Origin: Eledone cirrhosa
Lineage: Eukaryota
Length of the DNA stretch: 64,000 bases
Direction of reading: 5' to 3'
Assembly: GCA_964016885.1 (NCBI GenBank)
Contig: OZ024741.1
Span: forward strand, 148,056,001-148,120,000
Positions 26,114 to 38,944 of the stretch are shown piece after piece (position 1 is the first letter of the stretch; every line of letters starts with the position of its first letter). The translations under genes and the position numbers were made by a program. Under the pieces are notes generated by a model. The model worked only from the letters and a program-made list of their open reading frames with translations. It was not told the origin of the DNA and searched no databases.

Positions 26114-26310
26114 TGTTAGAACACGAAAAGTGAACATTCTGTTGTTTCACACTTTTCGTGTTCTAACAGATATATATATATATTGTTATTCTTGGGGAGG
26201 GTCATATTTGTGTAATATTGCCAGAATTAATAACAGAACACACTCACTGTGTTCTGTTATTAATTCTGGCAATATTACACAAATATGATCCTCCCCAAGA
26301 ATAACAATAT
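26114..26310. repeat. Two adjacent hairpins: 19-bp arms (26114-26168) and 63-bp arms with a 5-nt loop (26180-26310)
   Basis: Reverse complements read directly from the sequence; the 63-bp stem has one mismatch. Confidence 0.9.
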
Positions 26311-26348
26311 TTGTTTCGACACACGATTTCATATCAAAAACCTCGCAA

Positions 26349-26415
<67 letters not shown>

Positions 26416-26813
26416 GAGTGAGAAAGAAAAAGAGTTATACAGATAAAGAGACTATGTGGCATATATATGTAGAGAGAGAGTGTGTGAAAGTGAAAGATGA
26501 AGCGATTTGGACTTTTCAACACGTTAACTGTCTACGTGTGTGTATGTGCATATACATACATTTATATGTATGAGCATATATCCGGTAGAAACTTTTTGTG
26601 TATAAAATTAGGCGTTAGCACACCGAGTATGTTATATCTATAATAATTAAAATTATTGTATTCAGTGCTCAGGTGTATTATAACTGTTGTTTTTTTTTTA
26701 TTTTATAAAATCGTTATCAACTACCATATATATATAGACAGAGCGAGAAAGAAAGAGAGAGATACTGTGTGAGTATATGAAGAGAGGTATACAGATAGAT
26801 AGAGTGACTATGT

Positions 26814-26855
<42 letters not shown>

Positions 26856-26878
26856 ATAGTTTTCAAATTTATTATTAT

Positions 26879-26929
<51 letters not shown>

Positions 26930-26967
26930 AGGAGGTTATAGTTCACTTGAAGCATTGTGTAATGAGG

Positions 26968-27363
26968 TATAAACGTTAGAATATGTGTAATAAGGCCAAG
27001 ACAATGCAGATATGGACATAGAAAAAGAATGCAATAGTGAGAGATATTGATGAGAATTCGTCTTTCACCTTGAATTTATTTAAATGTCCTTAATTTTCGA
27101 GATAATATCTCTTCTTCGGAGGGAAGTAAAAGTCTCAGACCAGCGTCTAAATTTCCAATGAGGCCATGCATGGCCTCATTGGAAATTTAAGACGCTGGTC
27201 TGAGACTTTTACTTCCCTCCGAAGAAGAGATATTATCTCGAAAATTAAGGACATTTAAATAAATTCAAGGTGAAAGACGAATTCTCATCAATATCTCTCA
27301 CTATTGCATTCTTTTTCTATGTCCATATCTGCATTGTCTTGGCCTTATTACACATATTCTAAC

Positions 27364-27370
<7 letters not shown>
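26968..27370. repeat. Spacerless ~400-bp palindrome centred at 27168/27169, flanked by (TA)n
   Basis: The centre is GAGGCCATG|CATGGCCTC. The 201- and 202-bp arms differ by one indel. Confidence 0.92.
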
Positions 27371-27421
<51 letters not shown>

Positions 27422-27579
27422 ATAATAATAAATTTGAAGACTAAAATCCAAAGAGGGCTCAATAAGGATAAATATATATCAAATATATAAGAACCATAGA
27501 GCAAATATTTATTAAAATAACAGATTAAAGTTTAAGCAAAGAATCACTGCTTTCACCCTTAACAGGATCTTCTGAAACA

Positions 27580-27831
27580 TATATATTGTTATACTTCGGG
27601 AGGGTCATATTGTTATAATATTGGGTTGGTTTTCGCTTCTGTATCTTTTATATTTCCATAGTTAATTTATTTGGCAATCAATGTTTATCATTGATTGACC
27701 AGCGGTTAACAATACAGATATAAATATATATACATAGTCTATCAAAGTTCTTTCGTCGCACATCTGCGACATCATCAGTGGTACTATTATGTTTCCTCCC
27801 ATTGTATTGTAATGTCTACGCCATTTTTATT

Positions 27832-27882
<51 letters not shown>

Positions 27883-28024
27883 TTTCTTCTTGTCTCTGTC
27901 TCTGCGCATGCGTTTGCAAGTGTGTACAATGTTTGGTGTGTGCGTTTGAGTGTTTTTGTTTTTGTATTCTATTTTTGTTCACTAGTGTGTTTATATGTGT
28001 TTGTTGTTATTGTACTTGTGTATA

Positions 28025-28055
<31 letters not shown>

Positions 28056-30500
28056 GTCAGTATTGTTTGGTTGGTATGGTTGTTGTTGTTATTCCATTCG
28101 TTCTTTCTGTTCAACTTCAGTCTTCTTAGTTCTATCTCAGTTGCTTCTCTGATTTGCCTACATGTTGAGTCATTTCTATGCTTAGATATTATTTTAATTT
28201 TTATGTTGTCTATGTTACCGTCATGTCTTTGTCTGGCGTGTTCATATAGTACTGAACCGTTTTTGTTTTTGTTTTTTGTCCTTCTGGTTCCCCCCAGTGT
28301 TGGTCTATTCTTTCTCCTATGCTTCGAGCTCTCTCACCTATGTATGTCGTTGTCATGTTTCTGCAAGTACCCTCTGTACATTTTATGCTATAGGCTACAT
28401 TTCTAGTTTTACAATTTATCTGGAGGTTCATTCTACATATAACACATTTCTTATTTGTACAGTGGGTATTCTTAAAGGGGTATGTCTTGCTGATCAGGGA
28501 TTTTATGGTAGTTCCTGGCTTTTCTACCACTTTAATCTTTAGATGGGTCTTTCTTAGGGCCTTTCTACATTCCTTAGCTAATTTCTCTCCAGGGGTAGCA
28601 TCCACGAACATGACACTCTGGTATCTCTGGTTGTCGTACCATGAGGTGGCTTTTTATCTTTAGTCCTATCTAAGCTATTCCATGATTTGCTCCTGTATAA
28701 TGGGCAAATTCCTTTCATGTCTATGAGGGTCTTATAGTTCTCCGTGGTTCCTTCGTATACTCTGATTCTGTCTCTTTGGTTGTAGCCAGAGAACTGCATG
28801 CGATTGATGAAGTGTTGTATGTGTCTTTCCATTTCAGTTGGGTCGCACATGCGGGACACATTCTTCATCACTTACTAAGTCTGCGATCAGAATATTAAAA
28901 TGAGTACTATTGGATGTTGTTGAGTTTTTGAGTATCAGGTATTTGGAGGTCATGGGTATAACATAGTGTGGGTGGAGAATTTGGGCCCTCTCGTTATAGT
29001 GTTTATCCAGAGATCCGTGTCTAATACTGGTAGTCTATTGTTAGGGTGTTTGGAAAGGTAGTTACAGTTATACTCTGGTGTATGGAGTTAGCTATCTGCT
29101 GGATGCTCTCCATTGTGCTATTTTCCAATTCATGTTTATTAATACTGTCTAGTGGAGGCGTTCTTATTACTATATTAATATCGTCTACGTAACGAGAGTA
29201 CATGACGAGGTCTACGGAGTTCTCTGAGTCTCCTCTCCCACCATACCATAAATAGATTGGATACATCACCAGCTATGCTGACGCCAATGGCTGCTCCCTC
29301 ATTCTGGGTGTAGATCTTTTCATTAAATTTAAACATATGGCCCCTTAGGGTAGTTTTAATACTAGCCCCTATTGCATGTGCGACCATTTTTCTCACCTGA
29401 TTGTTTTGGGGTGTCCGTATGGCTTTGGTCCATCCAGTCCATCTTCCCATGGGAGTCTTTTTAGCCATTGAGGTTATGGTGGGGGGGGGTCTACCTCTTA
29501 TAGGTCTACTGGGGCAGAAACAGCTAAGGTCATGATTATCAAGGTATTCGGTGTCATAAGTAAGTCTAAGTAGGAGGCCCAGTTCATCTGTGTCGACATC
29601 GCAACTTCGCTCTCACTGATTATTTCCACACATTTTTCCACAGCAAAATCAATGTTAATGGATGGGTACAGTGATACTACATCCATACTGCCTATTATGC
29701 AGTGAGTTAAGCTTTTGTTGTTGCATTCATTGATTCTGCTGAGGAGGTCCTCTGTGCTGTCACATATATCTAGGGACATTTTAATTATGGGGCGTATAAC
29801 CATAGAGAGGAAGTAGGAGATCCTGTAGTTGCTAGCGATATTGTCTCCGCATACAAGTCTTGTTGGTGGTCCTGTCGTCGGGTTGTTGGTTGTATTATGG
29901 TCTTTGCGGAGCCCATACGAGGGTGGATGTCGTTGTTAGACGCCTGGAAGTTGTTGGCTGTGCGTCTACTTGGCTTTAGGATGTCGGTCCACATCATCAT
30001 GTGAGCGTTGAGGATCTTTTCTCTCTCCTCATGTTTGTTGTGTTGTTTCGCTCGAATTGATGATGTGGAGTTGCATAGCCTTGATATAGTTCGGCATGCT
30101 GTCTATTGACATCCTACCAGATTTATCTGTGGGTAGACACACTACCTCACCATCCCTTGTGCGCTGCTTGAGGCAAGTAGGCCTTCTACAGGTTTTCTTC
30201 CAAGTTGTTGAATTTCTGGTCTGCTTTGTCGCTTAGTATATTGGTCTACTACCTGTCTAAGTTTATTTCTAGCTATGGTGAACTGTGCCTCTGTTTCGTC
30301 ATCTATTTGTTGTGGTATACAAACTCTTTTATTAAAAGGTAATTTAGTGGGATAAATTTTGTTCATTTTGTATGTTTTGTCAGCTGGGTTGAAGAACAGG
30401 TTCTCTAAGAGATTGTCACTAAATCTACCGTTATAGTTGTGTGTACTACTATTATTGTCATTATGGCTGTTGTTGTTCCTTGTGCGGTAAATATGGAAAG
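27580..30500 (-). mobile_element. Penelope-like retroelement (RT plus GIY-YIG), decayed
   Basis: RT motifs are GSMDVVSLYPSI, YTQNEGAAIG and YSRYVDDINI. The linker reads FVDATPG..KVVEKPG..CVIC and the GIY-YIG reads CKTRNVAYSIKC..YIGERARSIGERIDQH. Confidence 0.88.
27732..27792 (-). ncRNA. Putative minimal type I hammerhead ribozyme in the Penelope 3' region
   Basis: Minus strand reads ATAGTACCA-CTGATGA-T-GTCGCA(GATG)TGCGAC-GAAA-GAAC-TT-TGATAGACTAT. It has the canonical core, a 6-bp stem II, a very short stem III and an imperfect stem I. Confidence 0.6.
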
Positions 30501-30509
30501 CCATTTCAT

Positions 30510-30610
30510 TCGTCTGACGTCATGAAGAATAGCAGCAGCAGCAGCAACAGTGGCGAGAGAAATACTAGTAGCAGCCGCAACAATATCAGCAGCAGCATAA
30601 AAAACAACAG

Positions 30611-30642
<32 letters not shown>

Positions 30643-33600
30643 GTAGCAGCAGCAGTAGCAGCAGCAGCAGCAACAACAACAACAACAACAAGAAAGAAAA
30701 ACCAATCTCGTTTGCAGGTATCGCAAAGAACCTGGAAACCATCCTTATAACAAATGAAGAATTACAGGAAGCAAAGAAGATGGTGACGAAAACCGGACAC
30801 CGAGCAATCTGCAAGATAGCCGAAGAATTTTTCGAAATCCAACAGCACTGTATGGTCACGTACCGTACAGTAAGCACAAAATCACGTAGGGTTGAAAGAG
30901 CCACAGAGGCTCAAATCCAAAAAGCCTTAGGGTCTGTGTGGCAGCGGAAAACGCATATCACCCGAGGCAAGAAATATGCCACCGTGGACGTGCTTTTTGC
31001 CACCCTCCAGGAGGCAAAGGCTCAATCCTTAGTGACCCTAAGGAGCGAGGAAATGGTGTTGGTGCCCTCCTACTGCGGGCAAAAATTTGTGAGAGTCAAA
31101 CTGATCCAAGCCCCCCTTTCGTTGTGGGTCGAAGACTCACCTCAGAGCCTTCTGCAATGAGAAGACTCTGAGAAAGGAGAAAACCCTCCTCCTTCCGGAC
31201 ATTTCACAGCACGACTACATAATACCAGCACCAATCAAAATACCAACGAATATAAGACTGGTAAGAATATCACAGAAACAATTCACTAACATTAAAATGA
31301 AATTCCCCAACGTAGTTGGTGATTTCAGAGACCTAGGAGAGACACTCAACCGGAGAGTATACTTGGATATACTCACAGAAGAGCTGACGACCAGCCGAAG
31401 GGACGGTTCAACGGCCCCTTCACCAGACGATCAAGGTAAATGATCCTTTCTCACTTGCCCCGTTCCTCACCCAACATGTCCGTATTCAGGATCGGAAGTG
31501 TAAACGTGCGTGGCTTGAGCTCGGTTTGGAAGCAGGGTCACTTGCTTAACGACCTCAGGTCACTAAACATAGATGTGGTGGCCATCAGTGAGACCAGAAT
31601 CTCCGAAACGCAAGCTTTCACACCGATCTTCGACGGTTACGAGCCGTCCGAGATCGGGAGCGGGAGCGGAGTGACTGTGTTGTTTTGGAAAGGCTTGGGT
31701 CTCGCCATACGGACCATCTTCCTGAACCCAGAAGGTAAGTCGGTGGTGCTGGACGTGAACGGCACCGAAGACAACGCTTTCAGGCTAGTAGCCGTCTATG
31801 CCCCGACAGGGACAGGACGGCCAGATTTCTTCAGACGTCTAGAGACCTTTCTGGGAACGTCCCGCCCTTTAGTGTTAGACTGTTAGACTGGAACGGTATC
31901 TTGGATGCACGCTGGGATTGTGTGGGGCTAGTGGATAGGCGAGGAGGGTGCAAGAGCCTCACCAACCTGCTCAGACGTTTTGAACTAGCTGACAGGTATC
32001 GACTGGATCACCCGAATGTACCAATGTGGACATGGACAAACCGCATCGGATTATCCAGATGGTATTTAGATAGAGTATTCTGCAGGGAACTAGATGAGGC
32101 TAGAATAGGTTGTCCACAATTTAAAATAGTGGACTACACAGACCACAAATTTGTGATCTGTGAGATCGACATAGACAGACTTCATAGACAAGGACCTGGT
32201 TACTGGAAGCTGAACGCGTCTTTCCCGGCGCGCAAAGCCTACAGAGACCGGATTAGCGTATTAGTTAAGCGGGAGTTGACGGGAGCGGTCGTTACAACAG
32301 GTGGTGGTTTGCTCTGAAAAGGGCAATTAAAGTAGAGTCGATTAGGTTTAGCAAAGGAGTAGCGATAGAGGAAAATAGAGTAGAGGGAGAGCTAGTCAGA
32401 AAGCTAGAAGAGGCGTTTAGGACAGGTATTGCAACCGACGTGCATTCGGCGAGACTGGCACTCAACCAATTCTTCAACGCAAAACACGAAGGCTGCGTTG
32501 TCAGAGCTAGAGCGCGTGCTCTGAAACACGAGGGAACGACAGCCGTCCAATGGGCCCGGGTGGCAGAAGCACGACGTGGCAACAAAGCCACAATTCGGTC
32601 TTTGTCTGACCAAAACGAGTGCGTGTTGCTCGAACTCGAGCAGATGTGTGAGGCTTTTCAGCAGCACTTTGCTGAACTGTTCGGGAGCGGCGGCGGGCCG
32701 GATCGGGGTATGGACTTCAGTGTATACCTCGACGGACTGCCTCGGCTCTCGACGACCGCAGCACAGTGTTGCGAAAAGCCAATAACAGCCGGTTAAATAC
32801 GGGAAGCGATGGCTAACTGTACGAGGGGTAAATCGCTAGGTTTGGATGGTCTGCCCTACGAGCTTTATGCATTTATGCCAGACTTGTTCGGTGACCTCTT
32901 GGCAGGCGTCTACTGCAACTGGCAGCAGAATGGGAGCATTCCCAGTCTTGTGAGCCGGGGAGCGGTGGCACTGCTGAGAAAAGATCCGAACAAGGGGGAT
33001 GTTATCGATAACTTCAGGCCCATAACTCTGCTAAACGCAGAGTTCAAGATTTTGGCCAAGGTGTTAGCAACGAGGTTGGCGCTTGTCGTCGAGGGTCTGG
33101 TGGGAGAGGCGCAGACATGCGCCATTCCGGACAGATCCATACACGACAACCTCCACCTCACGCGATACATCGTAGAGAGGGAGGTTAAGGAACCTGGCAT
33201 GGATGGGCATGGATGGGACTCTGATCAACTTGGATCAATCCAAAGCATTCGATAGGGTCGACCATCAGTACCTGGCGGCGGTCCTCGAGGCAGCCGATTT
33301 CGGGCCCGTTTTCAGGGGTTGGATCGCTGCGATGTACAGCGACATCTGCTCAGTTGTGAGGGTGAACGGTCACCTGTCGCAGCCGTTCAGCATCATGCGC
33401 TCGGTCCGCCAGGGTTGTCTCCTCTCGTCCCTATTGTACGTATTGGCTCTCGAGCCGTTACTGCACAAACTGGGGGCGATGAGGGGCGTCCCACGCGAAC
33501 TAGGATGCGGGAAATCTGAGTCGGCTTACGCCGACGATGTCACCGTGATCGTGTCGAGCACCAGACACGTCCAGATGCTCGGCACCGCTCTCAAGGAATC

Positions 33601-34506
33601 GAAGCGGTGACAGGAGCAAAGATAAACCAGGAAAAGTCGGTGGGCTTGCAGCTCGGCACCTGGAGAGGCAAGTCCATGCCGTCCGACAACGTCGTGGGGC
33701 GTTGGACGAACGGACCGGTTAAATTGCTCGGAGTCTGGTTCGGACCGGACTTCCAGATGAAGAAAAACTGGGGCGACGAAACTGTCCTGCACGCACTCGT
33801 TCAGTGCCCGAGCATTGCTGACTTGTGGAACTATGTGGAACAGTTGCTGTCGCATGTAGGACCGATCCGGTTATCGACTGAGTCCATTGTGCAGATGGTC
33901 TCGCCGTCTTCTTTCGAGGAGGAAGGGCAGGCGGTTTTCATCTGCCTGGTGGCCATGGCAAAAGAGATTGTGTGGTGGACAAGGCTGAAAGGGTTAAAGA
34001 CAGACACGTTCCTCTTCGGCGAATCCCTGATTAACTTTTTCAAGTTTCACTTGAAGAGTCAAATCAGGGTGGAGAGGCATGTGCTGTCTTCTAGCAAGTT
34101 TGTTGAAAGGTGGGTAAATATGGCGAGAATGGTCCGAGTGAACGGGGCCGCTCTAAATAAACGCTTGTAGTTTGAGGAATGGGGGAAAAATTGAGAGAGG
34201 GCGCTTGCCCTAGTGGTCAGGGTAGCCGTGGTCTTCTGTGTGGTTTTCGCCACGAGTAACCCTCGGAGGTTTTCCCCCTATTGGGGTATTTTTCATTGTT
34301 TGAATTTTCATTTTTATTGTTTATATATATATATGTTTCTATGTCTTTTTTCTTTTTCGTTTCTTATATAAATAATAAAATCTTTACACGCACAAAACCC
34401 ACATCGTACCGTCCTGTACCGTCCTCTGCCGTGTGTAATGTTTTTCTTGATGTCATCCCTTGATGTCATCTTGATGTCATCCCTGAAAGAAATCATTATT
34501 ATTATA
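30510..34506 (+). mobile_element. Near full-length Tx1/L1-clade LINE: ORF1 (~30522-31400) and ORF2 (31475-34170), with stops, frameshifts and an internal deletion
   Basis: APE motifs are IGSVNVRGL, VAISET, VAVYAP, YLDRVF, TDHK and YWKLN. RT motifs are GLDGLPYE, NFRPITLLNAEFKILAKVLA, LDQSKAFDRVDH, VRQGC and AYADD. It also has ETVLHALVQC and an (ATT)n tail. ORF1 has a CAG/CAA-encoded poly-Ser/Asn tract. Confidence 0.9.
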
Positions 34507-34736
34507 ACTGTTATTTCTATAGTAAAAGTTATTGTTTATATTACTACTTTCGTTATTATTATTGTTGTTATTTATTTATTTATTTATTTATGTTCGCGTG
34601 CCAACGTATTTTCGTGAAGGACTTTTCAATCTCCGACATGCATTGTACTGGGTTTATCTTGTTATATACAGCGAATTTTCGTAGCAGTTGTATTATTTGT
34701 TGTTGCTCTTCACTGGTTATAGTGTTACCATAGATG

Positions 34737-34739
<3 letters not shown>

Positions 34740-34814
<75 letters not shown>
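34740..34814. repeat. (TA)n microsatellite
   Basis: Read directly from the sequence. Confidence 0.95.
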
Positions 34815-34817
<3 letters not shown>

Positions 34818-37800
34818 CAAGGTCTAGCAAATAGAGAAAAAGTTTTTAAATAAATTTTAAAAAATTCGCAGTACTTACTATATGTGCTTTTACCGCGGTT
34901 TCATGCTCCAGAATAAACGGAAAATCCAAGCGGATTTCCATTGAAAAGGGAGCAATCTTCAGAAGGCTCTTCTCCCTCGGAGAATATAAAATTCCCGAGT
35001 TCAAATCACAAACTGACGCCATACAAAACCATTCCCAAAATGAGACCAAATGATGAATGAAAGAAATAATTCTGCCTGGTGCCGTAGGCAAAGACAAAAG
35101 GCAGAGTGGACAGGTCAATATCCTGCCACTAGAAATAGCAGCAGTCCAAACGGCCAAAATGTTATCTCTACCTTAGGGGGAGATCAATAATAATAAAGTA
35201 TGAATTCCTACGTGTAAAAAATACATATAGAGGAACAAGTATTATCCAACCGTATACCAATGTGGTTCTATGGCGGGTTAGAACTTTTGTTTTCATCTGC
35301 TTCAGCCGCGCATTATGCTGCTAAAACTGTTGTTATGATTATCTCATACTATTCTCTCTCTCTGTCTCTCTGATGTTTGAAATACCAGACGATCATACAT
35401 TTATATGTATAAATATAATCACGCAAAAACAGACACACTTACAGACATGCATTCACACATTCTTAAGGTAATAGGTATTTTTATCGCAATATCACATCGA
35501 TTGTATATCGTTATATATATAAACGTAACCTTTCCAAGAGCAAACTGTTTTTTCCATAATGCCACAGCATAGTGCAGGGAGCCTCTTTGCCTCTGTTTGT
35601 CCGCACCGCCAAGCTTATCGCTGGCCACATGAACCCAAATCTCTGTGCTGCTTACAGGGAAAAGTGGAACACCCTCAACTTCCTCCTCCTCCACCAAATA
35701 TACTGAAATATGTCGATAACACTCAATCAGGAAATTCTTTTCTCCATAAAATACGTGCATATAACAATGTAGCCTTAGCTTCAATTGGGTGCAAAGAGAA
35801 TAGAGCACCAGGATTTAGTCCCACATTTAAGTTCCAAGGTAAGGTTTGTCATATTATTGGATCACTACTTCCAAGTGATGCTTCACCCAAGTTTGAGCAG
35901 CTTTACTTCTATGATAAGGATCATGAGCTTCAGAATCGCTTGCATCATGCTAATTTAGATGCTGCTGTCCTGCAGGACCTGCAAGAAGACTTGCACTACT
36001 GCAACACCCATATATAAGAAGCTTCAAAGCAGTCATTGAAATGCCTGTCTCTGAAAATGTGAATATTGTCGTACACTGATTTTCATTGTTGCACATATAA
36101 TCTTCCCATGACATCTGAGATTGCTGTTATTCAACCTGATACAGCATTAGGTCTCTTGTCATCATTCATAATAGAGGTCTTCAGAGGATTCATCAGTTGC
36201 ACCGTTCTTATGATCCTCTGCACTATGTGTTACTGTTTCCTTGAGGGAATGATGGGTTTCAGGTTGGTTTGAAAAGGGTTGACAACAACCACACACTCAC
36301 ACCTACTGATTTCTACTGTTATCGGTTTCAGGTTAGGTAAGGTGACTGTAACATTATCATGAAGAGCAGGCAGCTGATGCAGCAATCTGCTGTAGATGCC
36401 CAGGTAAAAATAGAACTTTATTGCCTCAAATGGGCCCAAAACAATCAAACCACGATACGAGCTGAAAAGTATGAGGGTTTGTATGATGCTGTGGCTGAAG
36501 GAGATTCATTAAATGCAGACCGGAGAATTGTTCTTCCTCCTTCAATCTATAGTACCCCTCGCTTCTACAGTGAGTGCTTCCAGAATTCAATGACTGTAGT
36601 TCGACACATGGGAAAGCCATCTTATTTCATCACAGTAACAACTAACCCTAACTGGGATGAAATAAAAAATAGTTTGCACCCTGGAGAAGAACCTAGGGAC
36701 CGTCCCGATATTTGTGCAATAGTCTTCAAGATCAAGTATGATTGCCTCATAGATGACATACTGAAAATAAATGTCCTAGGAAACGTTGTGGCTCATTCTG
36801 CTACAATAGAGTAGCAGAAACGAGGCCTCACTCATGCTCATATTCTGCTGATAATGGCTGAAGATAGCAAGCCCAAAACTGCAGATGCCATTGATCAGGT
36901 AGTGTACTGTGAGATTCCTGATAAAGAGACCAATCCAATTCTGCATAAGATCATCAAATCCTGCAACATTGATGGCCCATGTGCACAAGCTAATATGATG
37001 TGCTCATGTATGGAAGGGCTAGGACAACAACGCCATTGCTCAAAAAGTTATCCCAAGGCATTCAGACAAACCACATTTGTTGTCGAAAATTCCTTTCCGG
37101 AGTATAGAAGAAGGGATAGACAGCATGGTGGTCACACACATACAATCCAACTTAAAGGTCAAGAATTTACTGTTGATAATCGTTGGATTGTTCCATACAA
37201 CCCTTTCCTCTCATTGAGATATCAGTGCCACATCAATTGTGAGGTTGTGCACAGTGTCAAGGCTGTTAAGTACTTATATAAGTACATCACAAAAGGATCA
37301 GACAAGATCACTTTCACTATTAGGAATGATCAAGGAAATTGTGTCCATGCCCAAAATGAGATTGAGACCTATATCATTGCAGGGTACATCTCAGCCAGTG
37401 GAGCATTCTGGAGAATCTATAAATTTAATTTACATCATTGGAAACCGCCAATTGAAAAGTTTCCTTGCCATTTACCTGGGGAACAAATGGTCGTGTATGA
37501 GCGAGGGCAGGAAGAAAGTGGGAAATGGTAACATTCCAACTGCCAAATGAACTTTGTCTGGAATATGGTAATGTGTCTGGACTGTGATTTTGTGTATACA
37601 AATCTTCCAGGAAACTACACAAACCCACTATGGCTTGCAAATAGAGCCATTATCACTCCAACAAATGATGCAGTAAGATTGGTGAATGAATTCATGGTCA
37701 ACAAGTTCCCTGGTCATGAAATAATCTACAGAAGCTCCGATACAGTAGATAATTGTTTCTACTTTTGGCACAAGGCCAGCAATTACCCAGTACATTAGTG

Positions 37801-38859
37801 GCACTTTATTTTAGCGACCCCGTAAGGATGAAAGGCAAAGTTAACCTCGGCGCTATTTGAACTCAGAATGGCAAGGGCCGTAACTCTATGCGTCAAAGCA
37901 TAGTGTCTGCAATATCCAATTGAGTTCATCAACAAACTTACCCCAACAGGCTTCCCAACACACATACTTAAACTGAAGAGAGGCAGTTGCATCACGCATC
38001 TGAGAAATCTGGATCCTCTAAACGGACATTGTAATGGTACACGCTACATCATCAGTTTACATAATCGTCTAATTGAAGCTGAAGTGTCATTGGGTTCCAA
38101 TGCTGGAACAAGGTTGTTAATCTCAAGGATATCTAATGTGTCTCAAGAGCTTGAGTTCTCTTTCATCTTTACTCGCAAGCAATTTCCTGTCAAATCAGCC
38201 TTTGCAACAAGGCACAAGGGCAGACATTTAAAAAGATAAGTGTATATCTACCAACACAATTCTTCTCACATGATCAGATGTATGTTGCATTATCACGAGT
38301 TACCAAAAAAAAGAAAATATAAAAATATTAAATGAAAGGGGCCTGTTTGCTGACAACTGTGTCTACAAAGAAATTCTAGTGATGTGACACAGCTATCACT
38401 CTCTTTTAGTTGAAATGCATTTCAGTTTCTTTTTAATTGCTAGAAAAGAGATAATACAAAAACTTAAGAAGTCTATATGTGAATACAGTAAAACAACAAT
38501 ATAGCGATGGTCAACTCTTCATATTGGTAAATGTAATTCATTCATTCATACCAGCAGCAACTATTTTCAAATTCACCGCTTCAAGCTTCCCATCGACATT
38601 CTCAAGTGAAGATTCATGAACATTTTTCCGTCAACAGTTTCATCGTTTTTCCATCTTCATTATCGCTTTTTTTTAATGTATCATGGATTAACTTACTGAT
38701 TACAGAAGTAAGTGTAACATTCTTTGTTCAGTTTATGTGCATATTGTCAATTTACTTTTCAATTTACGTATTCATATCTATATGCATATATACTTGCGTA
38801 TATCAATATGCACACTATATATGATAGCAGAAAACCGCTCGAGGCGGTTCTTCTGCTAG
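34812..38859 (+). mobile_element. Helitron with a decayed RepHel ORF; the helicase N-half is deleted
   Basis: N-terminal motifs are CCLQGKV, IRAYNNVAL and FEQLYFYD. Rep motifs are FITVTTNPNW, E*QKRGLTHAHILL and VKYLYKYITKG. Helicase remnants are RAIITPTN and RNLDPLNGHCNGTRY. The 3' hairpin GCAGAAAACCGC..GCGGTTCTTCTGC overlaps a terminal CTAG|T. Confidence 0.9.
37751..37907 (-). mobile_element. Family A SINE inserted in the Helitron helicase
   Basis: It interrupts SSDTVDN|LQYPIEFIN and has the same core as the other copies. Confidence 0.85.
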
Positions 38860-38944
38860 TTGATGTTAATGAACTCTGTAAGTATCGTTGCTGGGAAGAA
38901 GTTAAAGAAACATATCAGTCATACAAATTCCTTAAATATTATCT

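Noticed and set aside
30506-30904. Poly-Leu membrane-protein-like ORF
   Set aside because: It is the antisense reading of the CAG/CAA tract in the Tx1 ORF1.
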